Shown: positions 8,726-18,498, counted from the first letter of the stretch. The stretch is 53,893 nt of DNA from an uncultured Candidatus Bathyarchaeia archaeon (GCA_964601325.1 CAZRNA010000005.1:1-53893), one strand, 5' to 3'. Notes: generated by a model from the sequence alone, not told the origin. Translations and numbers: made by a program.

Positions 8726-10327
8726 ATGAGCAACGTTAGAGTCAGCGCCGGCTTTGTGCTCATCGTTATGCTGGTAGCTAGTGTCAGCCTCGCAACAGAG
8801 GTGTCACCCATCTATGCGCAACCGCCATCCAAGATTCAGCACATCATTTTCATAGTGCAGGAAAATCATTCGTTCGACAATTACTTCGGAACGTATCCCA
8901 ATGCTAACGGTTTTCCATCTGCGTTGGCAATTCCGTTAGACCTCAACCAGACGACCCTTGGATCCGTCAGCCCCTTCCATCTAGATGTGAACCAACAAGT
9001 CTTGATTGTTGGTGACGAGCTTCCGCCCGGGATTTCTGACCCTCCAGAGTTAGATCCCGTTGACGCTACCGCTACGGCGCCTTATCATCTGAACAGCGAA
9101 TCGATCGGGACAGACATCAACCATTCTTGGCAAGTGGCGCATATGGCATATGACAACGGCAAGATGGATGGGTTCGTCGCCGCAGAGAAGACTACTTTAA
9201 CAATGGGTTATTACGACAACCGTGACATACCGAACTACTGGGCCTATGCAGATAACTTCGTGTTAGATGACAATTTCTTCTCATCGCTCATGGGTCCTAG
9301 TCTTCCGAATCATCTGTACATTGTATCTGGCACCAACGGCCCAACGACTCTGGATGAGAAGTGGATCTTGGAGGGTGGAGTGGTGAATAATCCTGGGAAC
9401 ACTGGGTTAGGAGTTTTGGAAATGCCCAGTGGGATTTCATTCTCGTGGGGAACTCTCGCTCAGGAACTCAGCAACAGTAATGTGCCATGGATGTGGTATA
9501 CTGGGTCCGCCAATCCGCTCAAACCCACAATCTGGGACGTGCTGCCGCTCTTCACATATTTCCAGAACCATCCGAATGAACTCAACGACCACGTCAAGAA
9601 CACCCAGAACTTTGTCTCAGATATTCAGAACGGAAAGCTCCCAGCGGTTTCTTGGATTATCCCAGGGGGATGGCTTCCGCCAAGCTTGCCTCAGGTATGT
9701 CTACTCGGGGGAGGGGCGAGTGAGCATCCACCTGCAAGAAGCGATTGTGGGATGGGCTATGTCACGTACCTGGTCAACCATGTGATGGATAGTCAATACT
9801 GGCAATCAACGGCTATCGTGATAACTTGGGACGATTACGGAGGATTCTACGATCATGTTCCACCACCACAGATCGACAAGTACGGCGAAGGATTCAGAGT
9901 CCCAACCCTCGTGGTCTCACCATGGGCAAAGCACGGCTTCGTTGATCACACGATGTACGAGTTCGGCTCGCTCTTGAAGCTCGCAGAAGTCAACTTCAAC
10001 CTCCCAACGTTGGGTACACGAGACGTAAACGCGAACGACATGATGAACTCCTTCAACTTCAATCAGCCGCCTCAACCAACGCTAGTTGAACCTACAAACT
10101 TTGTCGGCCCAGCCGCAGCAGCCAGCACGAGCATCCCCAAGAACACTCAGACCTCCGCAAGCACAACATCACACACAACAGAATCTATCGCCGGCACGAA
10201 TCAAATGTACCTGCAAGACCAAGTCTACCTCATAGCAATAATCGTCGTCTCGGCAGCCGCCATCTTGGCAGTCACCGTTCACAACTCGAGGCGCCGCCAA
10301 TCCTCAAGAAATGAATCCGCGAGTTAG
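8726..10327 (+). CDS. secreted, membrane-anchored phosphoesterase (phospholipase C/acid phosphatase family)
   Basis: Signal peptide; [53 protein letters not shown]; S/T linker and C-terminal TM. Confidence 0.92.
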   Translation: MSNVRVSAGFVLIVMLVASVSLATEVSPIYAQPPSKIQHIIFIVQENHSFDNYFGTYPNANGFPSALAIPLDLNQTTLGSVSPFHLDVNQQVLIVGDELPPGISDPPELDPVDATATAPYHLNSESIGTDINHSWQVAHMAYDNGKMDGFVAAEKTTLTMGYYDNRDIPNYWAYADNFVLDDNFFSSLMGPSLPNHLYIVSGTNGPTTLDEKWILEGGVVNNPGNTGLGVLEMPSGISFSWGTLAQELSNSNVPWMWYTGSANPLKPTIWDVLPLFTYFQNHPNELNDHVKNTQNFVSDIQNGKLPAVSWIIPGGWLPPSLPQVCLLGGGASEHPPARSDCGMGYVTYLVNHVMDSQYWQSTAIVITWDDYGGFYDHVPPPQIDKYGEGFRVPTLVVSPWAKHGFVDHTMYEFGSLLKLAEVNFNLPTLGTRDVNANDMMNSFNFNQPPQPTLVEPTNFVGPAAAASTSIPKNTQTSASTTSHTTESIAGTNQMYLQDQVYLIAIIVVSAAAILAVTVHNSRRRQSSRNESAS

Positions 10328-10346
10328 CATCGTCGAGGGATCAACG

Positions 10347-10487
10347 CTACTTTCTGGAGTCCGAGGACTGAAGCAGACCATCAATACCATCCTTATTCTC
10401 AAGCGACCTCAATCCGCACATCTGGGTCTCCAGAGTTTCCAGGATAGTCTCGATGCGGTTGGGGGAGGGTGTATTCCACCCTTTCAT
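10347..10487 (-). CDS. possible small ORF (46 aa)
   Basis: MKGWNTPSPNRIETILETLETQMCGLRSLENKDGIDGLLQSSDSRK*; GGTGA SD upstream; no recognisable domain. Confidence 0.3.
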   Translation of the reverse strand: MKGWNTPSPNRIETILETLETQMCGLRSLENKDGIDGLLQSSDSRK

Positions 10488-10511
10488 GGGTGTATATCAC
10501 CCTTGAGGGTG
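10466..10511. promoter_or_regulatory. tandem GGGTG-N5-CACCC palindromes (candidate operator)
   Basis: GGGTGTATTCCACCC 10467-10481 and GGGTGTATATCACCC 10488-10502 (21 bp apart), plus half-site GGGTG at 10507. Confidence 0.4.
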
Positions 10512-11007
10512 CAAACTGGTAGAGTTTCGGGAGACTCGTCTCGTCATGTGAGGATGAACCGGTTCACTAGGCCACGGACCCGTTGTAATCGTACGTACGG
10601 TTCGTTTGAATTGTCAGACAATTCTTTTCTACCCACGAGCTGGAATCCTAGCAAGGATTAGGCTGTACTCGTTCCTTTCGGGGAGCTGTATGCGCTGACG
10701 CATACGATTCAACGTATTGACTCACATGCTCCGCGAGGATCCCGTGAGCCTGTTCGTAGTGATTCATGCCTTGCGTCTGGGCCAGCAAAGGTAACGCGTA
10801 GAGGTAGGGTCAGAAGCGTGGAAGGCGACGAAGGAGCGTCCGTGCTTGCCTGACTTGATTCTACATATTGAGCAGGGGTACCCCCCCTGGGGGGGTTGGG
10901 TCGACCTGTGACCAAGCATGAGGAACCATCACCCCACAAGCTAGCACGAGCAAGATGATTGCCAACGCTCTCCACTCACGGGTATACGGATGATATCCAC
11001 GACAACC

Positions 11008-11199
11008 GCGGACGTTTACAAGGTTGCGTTAGCCTGTGAGCACACAACTCAGTGGTTCAAATCCATTCGCCCGCACCAAGAGACCCACCACCACCAAAAT
11101 GAAGGTTCAAATTTCGATGCTCGCATCAAGAGAGCCACCACACCACCACCAAGAAATACCTAGACAACGACGAGCGAGGGGTCAAATTACGACGATCGA
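11008..11199 (+). repeat. repeat cluster 7, including the most tRNA-like copy
   Basis: AGTGG-TTCAAAT-CCATT-CGCCCGC-ACCA-AGAGACCCACCACC 11051-11092; GTTCAAATTTCGATGCTCGCATCAAGAGAGCCACCAC at 11105; GGTCAAATTACGACGATCG at 11180. Confidence 0.85.
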
Positions 11200-11301
11200 G
11201 CGGGCATGACGAGAAGGTAGACCAAAGGAAGCGACTGGAGGAATTGAAGAAGCTATGGTTCTATGAGATAGTACGAGGATAGCTCAGTGCAATGAGACTG
11301 T

Positions 11302-11697
11302 CTAATCCGGAAGCGGTCTGTGATCGCGCTGCAGTTGGCTGCCATATTTTATGAGAAGGGCTTGTCCTGTTTCGAAAGTTGGATAAATGGCCTCCAGGAT
11401 CTTCCAGAATCTCTTTGTGTGCTTTTTCGTGAGTGTATGCGCGATTTCATGAGCGATTATGTACCTTAAAGCACTCTTCGGCAAACGCGCTGCATTCAGC
11501 TGCACCAGTATTTTGTTGCCTTTCAGTTTGGCTATCCTATGTTTCTTGCCATCAACGCTTTTCACGACCTCGAAATCAAGCGTTCCAAAAACCTCGACCC
11601 TTCTTTCTCTTCTTATCTGCTCGTAAATGTCGCAGAGCCTCGAATAGAGCACTTCATTCTGCCCCTGGTTGGCAGCTTCATTGCTTGTTCTGTTCAT
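11302..11697 (-). CDS. M48/YgjP (DUF45)-like zinc metallopeptidase domain protein, short form
   Basis: YIIAHEIAH...HTKRFW; 4-bp overlap with hsdR stop, a common position for this family. Confidence 0.85.
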   Translation of the reverse strand: MNRTSNEAANQGQNEVLYSRLCDIYEQIRRERRVEVFGTLDFEVVKSVDGKKHRIAKLKGNKILVQLNAARLPKSALRYIIAHEIAHTLTKKHTKRFWKILEAIYPTFETGQALLIKYGSQLQRDHRPLPD

Positions 11698-14600
11698 CCC
11701 ATTCCCTCCATTGCTCCGAACAGTTGCTCGGTGAGTTCGTCGATCTTGTCGCGGTGTTCCCTGTAGTCAGACAAAATGATGAATCTTGTTTCAGATTTCA
11801 CCTTACGTCGTACATCTCTCTGAAGTTGCCACCCTTCGAAGAGCAGACCTGATTCTTCAAGATGGTCCTTAAGATGGTTGATGAAAACTATTGCTTTCTG
11901 TTTGTCCGCGTCGGGAAGTACGGTCTTGAGTGCCTCGTACAAAGGATACTTATCTTTCCCAATTTCATTCTCTTCGCTTTTCCATTGCGTTATTCTTTCA
12001 GAGAAATCCAGCGCCTTTCTCACTGCTTCCTCGGTGTCAATCCTTCTCGTTCTAAGTTCCTCGTAGGTTCTCTCGACTTCTCTACTCAGGTTAAGAAAGA
12101 ACGGTGAGTTAGAATGCGTCGTCACTTCGTGCTGGATGTTGGTAATGACATCTATCGCAGCGCCCATTGTTCTAGGTTTAGACCTCTTGAGGTGTTCAAC
12201 ATATTCTGCGTCAATGCGCAGAGTCGGATATGTATCTTCGATGTCTTTGACGTCGATTGTTTGTTGTATGAGTTCGAATGTCTTCTTCGAGAGTTCTATT
12301 ATTTTCAGCTCGTCTACATCTTTCTTCTTGAATCGCTTGTTGTATGCAACAAGTATCTTGACGAGCCATGTGTAGTCAGAGAGATACGGCTCAAGAAATT
12401 CGTCTCCACTGAGCATTTCGTAAGATTTCATTAGCGCTCTCATGGTAGTTTCAAATTGCTTAGCTATCATTGGATTCACAAGAACATGCATCGCGCTCTC
12501 TAGACTTTCTCGGGTATCCTCCTTCTTCACAGACTCGAAAATCCTCAGAGCCCTCTCAAGCAACTCTCTGAATTCGTCTTTCTCCTTGTCGAGCTGCCTA
12601 ATGACCACACGGATGTCTCTTGCTTCGCTTGCTTCGAATTTCTGGAACGCTTTCTGCATCTCTGCAAGGACGCCAATATAATCGATAATCAAGCCGAACT
12701 TCTTGTTCAGATACGGTCTATTGGTTCGTGCTATGGCTTGAAGAACTCTGTGCTCTTTCAACGGTTTGTCGAGGTACATCGTCCAAAGGACAGGAGCGTC
12801 AAATCCCGTGATCAGCATGTCAGTTACTATCAGAATCTTGAGTTCTTTGCCTTCCTTGAAGTTCTCAATGATCTTGTCATGAATTTCCTTTTGGTCTTTG
12901 GTGCCGTATTTCTTCCATAGTCTTTGGAAGTATGATCTGACAGGTTCCCTGTCAGCATAGGTCATCACAACCTCTGACCAATTCGCCGGCAGAATTTGGT
13001 CTAACGCATTCTTGTAACGGATACACGCATCTCTGTCTATGGTTACAACCATTGCCTTGAGGCCGGTGGGCTCGACTATGTCCTTGAAATGATGAGCTAT
13101 GTCTTCGGTGATTGCCTCTATCCGCTCCTTTTTCTTGACAAACGCGACGATTACCTTGACTTTTTTCCTGATTTCCTTCTGTTCTGCTTTCGATCGTGTC
13201 TTCAGCTCCTCCTCCTCGAATTTCACGAACTGTCGATACTGTATCTCGTTAAGATGATACTCAGGGAGTTTCGGCTCATAGGAGAGTTCGACAGTGAATC
13301 CATCCTTCAATGCGTCAAGCATCGAATACCTGTCGAGGTAGAGTTCTCCTCTCGGACAGAACTTCTGGAACGTGTTCCTTTCTGGTTTAGAAAGAGGCGT
13401 GCCCGTAAAACCGAAGATGAAGGCTTTCTTGAAAACACTTTTCATCACCGTTCTGAATTTCCCGTATTGGGTTCTATGCACCTCGTCCGCGAGAACAATC
13501 ACGTTCTCCCTTCTGATTTCTATCTTGCCGCTTTCTCTTTTCAGCTTCGCAAATTCCTTCGGTCTGAACTTTTCGATGGTTACTAGGAAGATCCCTCTTT
13601 TTCCTTCCTTCCCCCACTTCAGAACCTCAATCAGGTCGTCCACGTGCTCAATCTTCTCTATCGGCACTTCAATGAAACCAAAATCCTTCTCAATCTGCTC
13701 TTCAAGGTTCTTCCTGTCAACCAGCACGAAAATGCTCGGCCTTTCGGTCTCCGTCGAGTGATAGAGCTTCCACGCGGAGAAGGCCATCGTGTAGGTTTTT
13801 CCAGAGCCTTGCCAGTGCCATATCAGACCGAACTTGCTGTTTTCTTTTTTCTTCCCTAGATTGCTAGTTACTCTTCGATAGATCTTCTCCGATGCTCTGA
13901 ACTGCATATACCTTGTCATTATCTTAGTGGACTTGTCTGTCTCTTTCCTGATGAAAGTGAAATTCTCAATCATGTCGAGGAGATTTGTCTCTGACAAGAG
14001 ACCGTACACTGTGGTTTTCAGAATGTCGTCTTTGAAATCCTCGGCTTTGAAAGGGTACGGATCTTTCCATTCGCTAAGAAAATCCTTGTTCTCCTCGTTG
14101 AAGCCATTCGGGAAATAGCGAGTCTTGATGCCGTCGGTGGCTATCGAATACTGAACGTACTTGAAAAGCTCAGGAGCATCTCTCTCGTATCTCTTTATCT
14201 GGCCGTAGGCAGTCGTCCAATCGACGTTCTCCTGCGTCGGACTCTTGCATTCGATACAAACTAGGGGGATGCCGTTCACTAGAAGAACAATGTCCGCTCT
14301 GATATTGCCTTTAGAGCCTTCAACCCTGAATTGGTTCGTGACAACAAACTCGTTGTTGTCCGTATGTGACCTTGTGAGGTCGAATAGTCTGACGACTTTC
14401 TCCTCGTTTTGCTTCCGTATGGGGACAACCAAACCATTTCTGAAAATGTCGAGAAACCTTCTGATTCCTTCGAGATTCGAAGGTATGGTTCGCAGCGAAA
14501 CACCGACAAAGTCAAGATCGGCATCTGTGAAGTCTATATCTGGATTGAGCTTTCTAATAGAGTTCCTCAGGTCTTCTGGAACCAGTGGTTCCTCGAACCT

Positions 14601-14708
14601 ACTCTTTCGCCTTGCCTCCATTTCCTTTTGAGTTAGGTACTTCCATCCGACCTTCTTGAGTTCTTCAATGATGAAATCCTCAACAGTGCCTTTTTCGCTG
14701 TAAGTCAT
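11694..14708 (-). CDS. hsdR: type I restriction enzyme R subunit
   Basis: DIVLLVNGIPLVCIECK nuclease motif; WHWQGSGKT; DEVHR; FTGTP; MLITGFDAP; LQAIARTNR. Confidence 0.97.
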   Translation of the reverse strand: MTYSEKGTVEDFIIEELKKVGWKYLTQKEMEARRKSRFEEPLVPEDLRNSIRKLNPDIDFTDADLDFVGVSLRTIPSNLEGIRRFLDIFRNGLVVPIRKQNEEKVVRLFDLTRSHTDNNEFVVTNQFRVEGSKGNIRADIVLLVNGIPLVCIECKSPTQENVDWTTAYGQIKRYERDAPELFKYVQYSIATDGIKTRYFPNGFNEENKDFLSEWKDPYPFKAEDFKDDILKTTVYGLLSETNLLDMIENFTFIRKETDKSTKIMTRYMQFRASEKIYRRVTSNLGKKKENSKFGLIWHWQGSGKTYTMAFSAWKLYHSTETERPSIFVLVDRKNLEEQIEKDFGFIEVPIEKIEHVDDLIEVLKWGKEGKRGIFLVTIEKFRPKEFAKLKRESGKIEIRRENVIVLADEVHRTQYGKFRTVMKSVFKKAFIFGFTGTPLSKPERNTFQKFCPRGELYLDRYSMLDALKDGFTVELSYEPKLPEYHLNEIQYRQFVKFEEEELKTRSKAEQKEIRKKVKVIVAFVKKKERIEAITEDIAHHFKDIVEPTGLKAMVVTIDRDACIRYKNALDQILPANWSEVVMTYADREPVRSYFQRLWKKYGTKDQKEIHDKIIENFKEGKELKILIVTDMLITGFDAPVLWTMYLDKPLKEHRVLQAIARTNRPYLNKKFGLIIDYIGVLAEMQKAFQKFEASEARDIRVVIRQLDKEKDEFRELLERALRIFESVKKEDTRESLESAMHVLVNPMIAKQFETTMRALMKSYEMLSGDEFLEPYLSDYTWLVKILVAYNKRFKKKDVDELKIIELSKKTFELIQQTIDVKDIEDTYPTLRIDAEYVEHLKRSKPRTMGAAIDVITNIQHEVTTHSNSPFFLNLSREVERTYEELRTRRIDTEEAVRKALDFSERITQWKSEENEIGKDKYPLYEALKTVLPDADKQKAIVFINHLKDHLEESGLLFEGWQLQRDVRRKVKSETRFIILSDYREHRDKIDELTEQLFGAMEGMG

Positions 14709-15971
14709 TCAATCAACCTTAATTCTTACTTTCCCTGTGAGAAGTAGATCCATCAATGCCTGCTTGGCCTTCTCTAACTTTGCCTTTTGGTTTCTTTCGA
14801 GTTCGAGTTTCTTGGAGATAACCGAGAGATTCTCAGCGATCTTCTGCTGTTCTCGGACAGGCGGTATCGGCACTCTGAATAGTTTTAGTGTGCCAAGATA
14901 GATATTCGTTCGACCTACATCGCTGCTTGGATTCACCAACTGATTGAGCAGTTTGTTTCGCAAAAAGACCAAACAGTGCTGCATATACCGCGGTTCAAAA
15001 GATCCATCTTTAGGCAAGATTGCGCCAATAGCTTGGTTAGTTGCGGAATCGATTCCCAAGATTGCTGTCTTGCTAACGGTCCCTCGACCATATAGGGCCA
15101 TTAGCAATGTTCCCTTTGGAAAGACTTTCGCGCTCGACTTCTCCAATCCTAATTTAGTAATTCTTTCTTCGGTGTCGCGAATTTCCCCATCATTAAGTTC
15201 GCCAGACTTGAGCCATGGAACAGTCCCATTCCAATACTCGCGCTTCTTCCTGCTTGGTGTCCCTCCACTTTCCAGCTTGGCAACATCTCCGAGTCTGGAG
15301 GCGTCCCAATTTTCGGGAATCCTTCCAATCTCAGAATCCTTGAACTCTTTGTGTCCTATTCCTCTTGTTAGAAGTTTCTGCATCAGAGCTTTCTTGAGAC
15401 GTTCAGCTGTCGTGATGATGTCGTTGGTCTTCTGGATAGCCCTATCAACATTCCAGAGGATTTCGGACGCCCTTTGCTGCTCTCGCCGTGGAGGAACAAC
15501 AACGCTCAGACCTTCTAGATCACTCTTGACTATTGCCTTGAAAGTTGAACCTTTTCCAAGTCTATCTATCGCGCTCTTGATTAGCTGCAGATAGTAGAAG
15601 TAAAACAAATGGTCGGCAGTCTTCTGATTGAATCGTATTGCACCCAAGCCTCTTCCTATGCACAATTTGTACGGTGTCAGGTTGACATCTCCGACGGGAG
15701 CCCTGACAGACATCAAAATGTCATCTTTCTCTGCCATCTTCAGCGGATCAGAACAGTATACTACTGGGGACGGATAGATTTCACCGAACTCCATCTTTCC
15801 CTGCAGAAAAGGCAGGCCGACGCCTTCTTTGTTGTAGGTCGACGAGGGAGGCGATTGTCCCATGATTAATCTGGCCGCATCACCAAGCCTAACAACTTCC
15901 CAATCATTGGGAATGTTTCCGAGCGATGTCTCCCTGGTTTCATTCTCCCTATAGAAGACATCTGCTCTCAT
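14709..15971 (-). CDS. hsdS: type I RM specificity subunit
   Basis: Two TRD halves (IP.DW...RLGD.A; PP..EQ..I...L) separated by conserved helices (KKALMQKLLT / KQALMDLLLTG). Confidence 0.96.
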   Translation of the reverse strand: MRADVFYRENETRETSLGNIPNDWEVVRLGDAARLIMGQSPPSSTYNKEGVGLPFLQGKMEFGEIYPSPVVYCSDPLKMAEKDDILMSVRAPVGDVNLTPYKLCIGRGLGAIRFNQKTADHLFYFYYLQLIKSAIDRLGKGSTFKAIVKSDLEGLSVVVPPRREQQRASEILWNVDRAIQKTNDIITTAERLKKALMQKLLTRGIGHKEFKDSEIGRIPENWDASRLGDVAKLESGGTPSRKKREYWNGTVPWLKSGELNDGEIRDTEERITKLGLEKSSAKVFPKGTLLMALYGRGTVSKTAILGIDSATNQAIGAILPKDGSFEPRYMQHCLVFLRNKLLNQLVNPSSDVGRTNIYLGTLKLFRVPIPPVREQQKIAENLSVISKKLELERNQKAKLEKAKQALMDLLLTGKVRIKVD

Positions 15972-15974
15972 TTC

Positions 15975-16556
15975 TCAAATCACTTTCAAAACATTGTCAC
16001 GAAAAGTCTCTCGCTGAGCCTTATCCCTCAGGCTAAATGTGTTTAGCAGCTTACCAATCGCGCCTATGAGATCAGCGTCGCTTGACAGAAAGTACTTCAC
16101 GTTATTCGATATCGCCGTTGCGACTATAAGCGCATCTTGTGGCCGAAGGAGATGATTGTAAAGTAGTTTGTACAACTCCTCATAGTTCCAAGATTGGATA
16201 GAAGGAAGGGTGAGAACTTCGATATCGTTCTTGGTAATGAAGTCACGGACTTTGTTCGCCACTTTGTCTTTGTCTTTCTCGGCTATCTGCCTGTATAGTT
16301 CTTTGTCTCTGTTGAGTCTGCCGATTATTTCATCACCTGACATTCGATCGTTGATGCATTCTCCTATGAAGCGGATCTGGAACTCGGTGTCTATTAGTTC
16401 CGCGATAGTGAAAACCGATGTGGCTAGGAGAATTCTGCCTTTACTATGATAATGTAGCAATTGAGCGAGAATGTCTATGACATCTTGATTCCTCTTTTCT
16501 AGATAATCTAGGATCACATTCGTGTCCAAGAAGAAAATATCGGCCATCTCACTCAA
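15975..16556 (-). CDS. PIN-domain (VapC-like) nuclease embedded in the hsd operon
   Basis: FFLDTNVILDYL, TIAEL, LRPQDALIVATA, FLSSDADL (all four acidic catalytic positions present); overlaps hsdM stop and ends 3 bp before hsdS. Confidence 0.88.
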   Translation of the reverse strand: MSEMADIFFLDTNVILDYLEKRNQDVIDILAQLLHYHSKGRILLATSVFTIAELIDTEFQIRFIGECINDRMSGDEIIGRLNRDKELYRQIAEKDKDKVANKVRDFITKNDIEVLTLPSIQSWNYEELYKLLYNHLLRPQDALIVATAISNNVKYFLSSDADLIGAIGKLLNTFSLRDKAQRETFRDNVLKVI

Positions 16557-18093
16557 TCCCTCTTATCTGATTCAGCGCCTCCTCAAGCTCATTGTTGATT
16601 CTGTTCCTGTCCTCCTCTAGCTTCTTCAGGTCAGAGTAGACTTGGCTGACACTGACCCTCTCTGTCTCTTCAATCGGCATTACATAGAGGGACACATTCA
16701 GATTGTAGTCATTCTTGGCGAGTTCCTTCCTCTCAACGGCTCTGGAGAATCCCGAAACCTCCGAGAATTTGTCGTAAGCGTTTGCGATTTTCCTTATGTT
16801 ATCTGTTGACAGTGCATTCAATCGTCTGACAGATGGATGGGTCACAAAGTCGTTCGACGCATTGATGAAGAGTATCTTGTTCAGTCTCTCCTTCGGCTTC
16901 TTCCTGTTGAAGACGACGATTGCTCCAGGTGCTCCTGTGTTGTAGAACAGTTTTTCCGGAAGAAGAATAACGCATTCAATCCAACCTTTCCCTACAATCT
17001 TGCTTCTGGCAACCTTTTCCTGTCCTCGCCTAAACAGACACCCGTTGTCGACTACAACCGCAACTCTACCCTGCTCCTTCGCCGACGCAAGCATGTGCTG
17101 AACCCAAGCCCAATCAGCACTACTTTGAGGAGGATAACCGCCTAGTGTGAACCTTTCGCGGAAATTCGCTGCCTTGAGTCTTCCTTCATTATAGCCGTCC
17201 TGGTTCCAAGGAATATTCGCGATGACCACATCGAACTGCTTCAGTTTGCCGTTGTCCTTGAATCTGGGATTTTCAAGTGTATCTCCGTTTTCAAGGTGCG
17301 CGTTCTTGATATCATGAAGCAGTAAGTTCATCTCGCCTACGGCGTAAATCTCGGGATTTCTCTCCTGCCCATACAAGAACAGTCTTCGCGCTTCTTTCTC
17401 TCCATATTTTGGATTCTGAGCCAAGTGCAAATAGGAGATTATCAACATGCCACCGGAGCCACAACACGGGTCATACACATACTCGCCAGGTTTGGGGTCT
17501 AGAATCTCGACCATCAGTTTGATGACTTCTCTGGGGGTGTAGATCTCGCCCTCCTTTGCGCGTTCGGGTGCAAATTTCATGAGTATATGCTCGTATGCAT
17601 CTCCGAGCACATCGGGGGAAACTTCCTCGCCAGCCAGATCGTATTTGTTGAAAAGTTCCACGAGTTGATGCAGTAGATCCCTATTCTCTTGATTCCTAGC
17701 GAACTCTAAGAAGTCGACTCTATTGATGACGCCCTGGAGTTCGCTGTTCAGCTTCGCAATCTCGCCAATCGCTGTAGCGAGTTTCTCTGGAAGAGTTTTG
17801 ACGTCTTTAGTAATCTCATCCCAATGGAACTGTCTAGGAATGTTGAACGTATATAACTCGGCTTTCTCCATCTCTTTCTCAATTTCTTTCTCCGACATTC
17901 CTTCGATTTTCTTCAGTCGCTGCCTGTAACGGTCTCTTTCAATCCTCGAAAGGTCATTTACTCTCTTGAGGAAGAGCAGTACAAGAATGAACTTGTAATC
18001 CACGGCTGTCCTAATCAGATCTGCGGCTTTGTCGACGAGTGAATTCAACTCGTCTCGTGTGACTTTCCTCGGCAGCAGTTCACGTTGAGTCAT
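16549..18093 (-). CDS. hsdM: type I RM N6-adenine methyltransferase subunit
   Basis: LGDAYE, GEIYTPREV, VYDPCCGSGGML, LYGQE, ANIPW (motif IV variant), LFYNTG. Confidence 0.97.
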   Translation of the reverse strand: MTQRELLPRKVTRDELNSLVDKAADLIRTAVDYKFILVLLFLKRVNDLSRIERDRYRQRLKKIEGMSEKEIEKEMEKAELYTFNIPRQFHWDEITKDVKTLPEKLATAIGEIAKLNSELQGVINRVDFLEFARNQENRDLLHQLVELFNKYDLAGEEVSPDVLGDAYEHILMKFAPERAKEGEIYTPREVIKLMVEILDPKPGEYVYDPCCGSGGMLIISYLHLAQNPKYGEKEARRLFLYGQERNPEIYAVGEMNLLLHDIKNAHLENGDTLENPRFKDNGKLKQFDVVIANIPWNQDGYNEGRLKAANFRERFTLGGYPPQSSADWAWVQHMLASAKEQGRVAVVVDNGCLFRRGQEKVARSKIVGKGWIECVILLPEKLFYNTGAPGAIVVFNRKKPKERLNKILFINASNDFVTHPSVRRLNALSTDNIRKIANAYDKFSEVSGFSRAVERKELAKNDYNLNVSLYVMPIEETERVSVSQVYSDLKKLEEDRNRINNELEEALNQIRGIE

Positions 18094-18435
18094 TTTGTCC
18101 GTCTCCTCATAGAACTTCTACATGGTATTTCCTAGAGTGAGAATAGATCGTTTGTAACGAATGCTCGCAAACGGTTATCATGTCTTGCTTGAGAGCCCCA
18201 GCCCTTTCACAACCCCCCGTAGAGGTTCGACTGCTTATGATCGGAATCGCAATCGTGTCTATCACACTCGAGCCGCCAGCAACAATTCCTGCCTTTCGCA
18301 TCTCAACATCAACAACCCACCAACCCAGAGAACTAGCGCCAGAGCATAGTCCACGTCATTGCTTATAGAATCAGAGGCCTCCAAGGACAGAACCACCGAT
18401 TCGATCTCGTTCTTGCCCAAGGAGGAAGAATGTGG

Positions 18436-18498
18436 CTGGGCTTGTTGCCGCATGAGTTGCGGATACCTCTGGTTTCGATTAAGGGTTACACGGACGTA
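18436..18498 (+). pseudogene. eroded histidine-kinase (HisKA H-box) fragment
   Basis: LGLLPHELRIPLVSIKGYTDV matches the HELRTPLxSIxGY H-box; no HATPase domain follows. Confidence 0.5.

Noticed and set aside
10520-11000. Coding or integrase remnant in the gap before the RM operon
   Set aside because: Track ORFs here lack domain motifs; no recombinase or transposase signature recognised.
11008-11078. Functional tRNA or split-tRNA half
   Set aside because: No recognisable D-arm or anticodon arm, about 5 nt short, and no BHB or leader complementarity seen; kept only as a tRNA-like element.
1471-11199. Repeat units as CRISPR mini-arrays (about 30 bp, GTT...GAGAC, tandem periods 50-75 bp)
   Set aside because: Copies are too divergent, occur in both orientations within a cluster, have low-complexity AC-rich spacers of irregular length, and there are no cas genes in the window.
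14944-15594. 216-aa plus-strand ORF and similar ORFs antisense to hsd, S9 peptidase, LLM and ATPase genes
   Set aside because: Ser/Leu/Phe-rich antisense shadows without domains.
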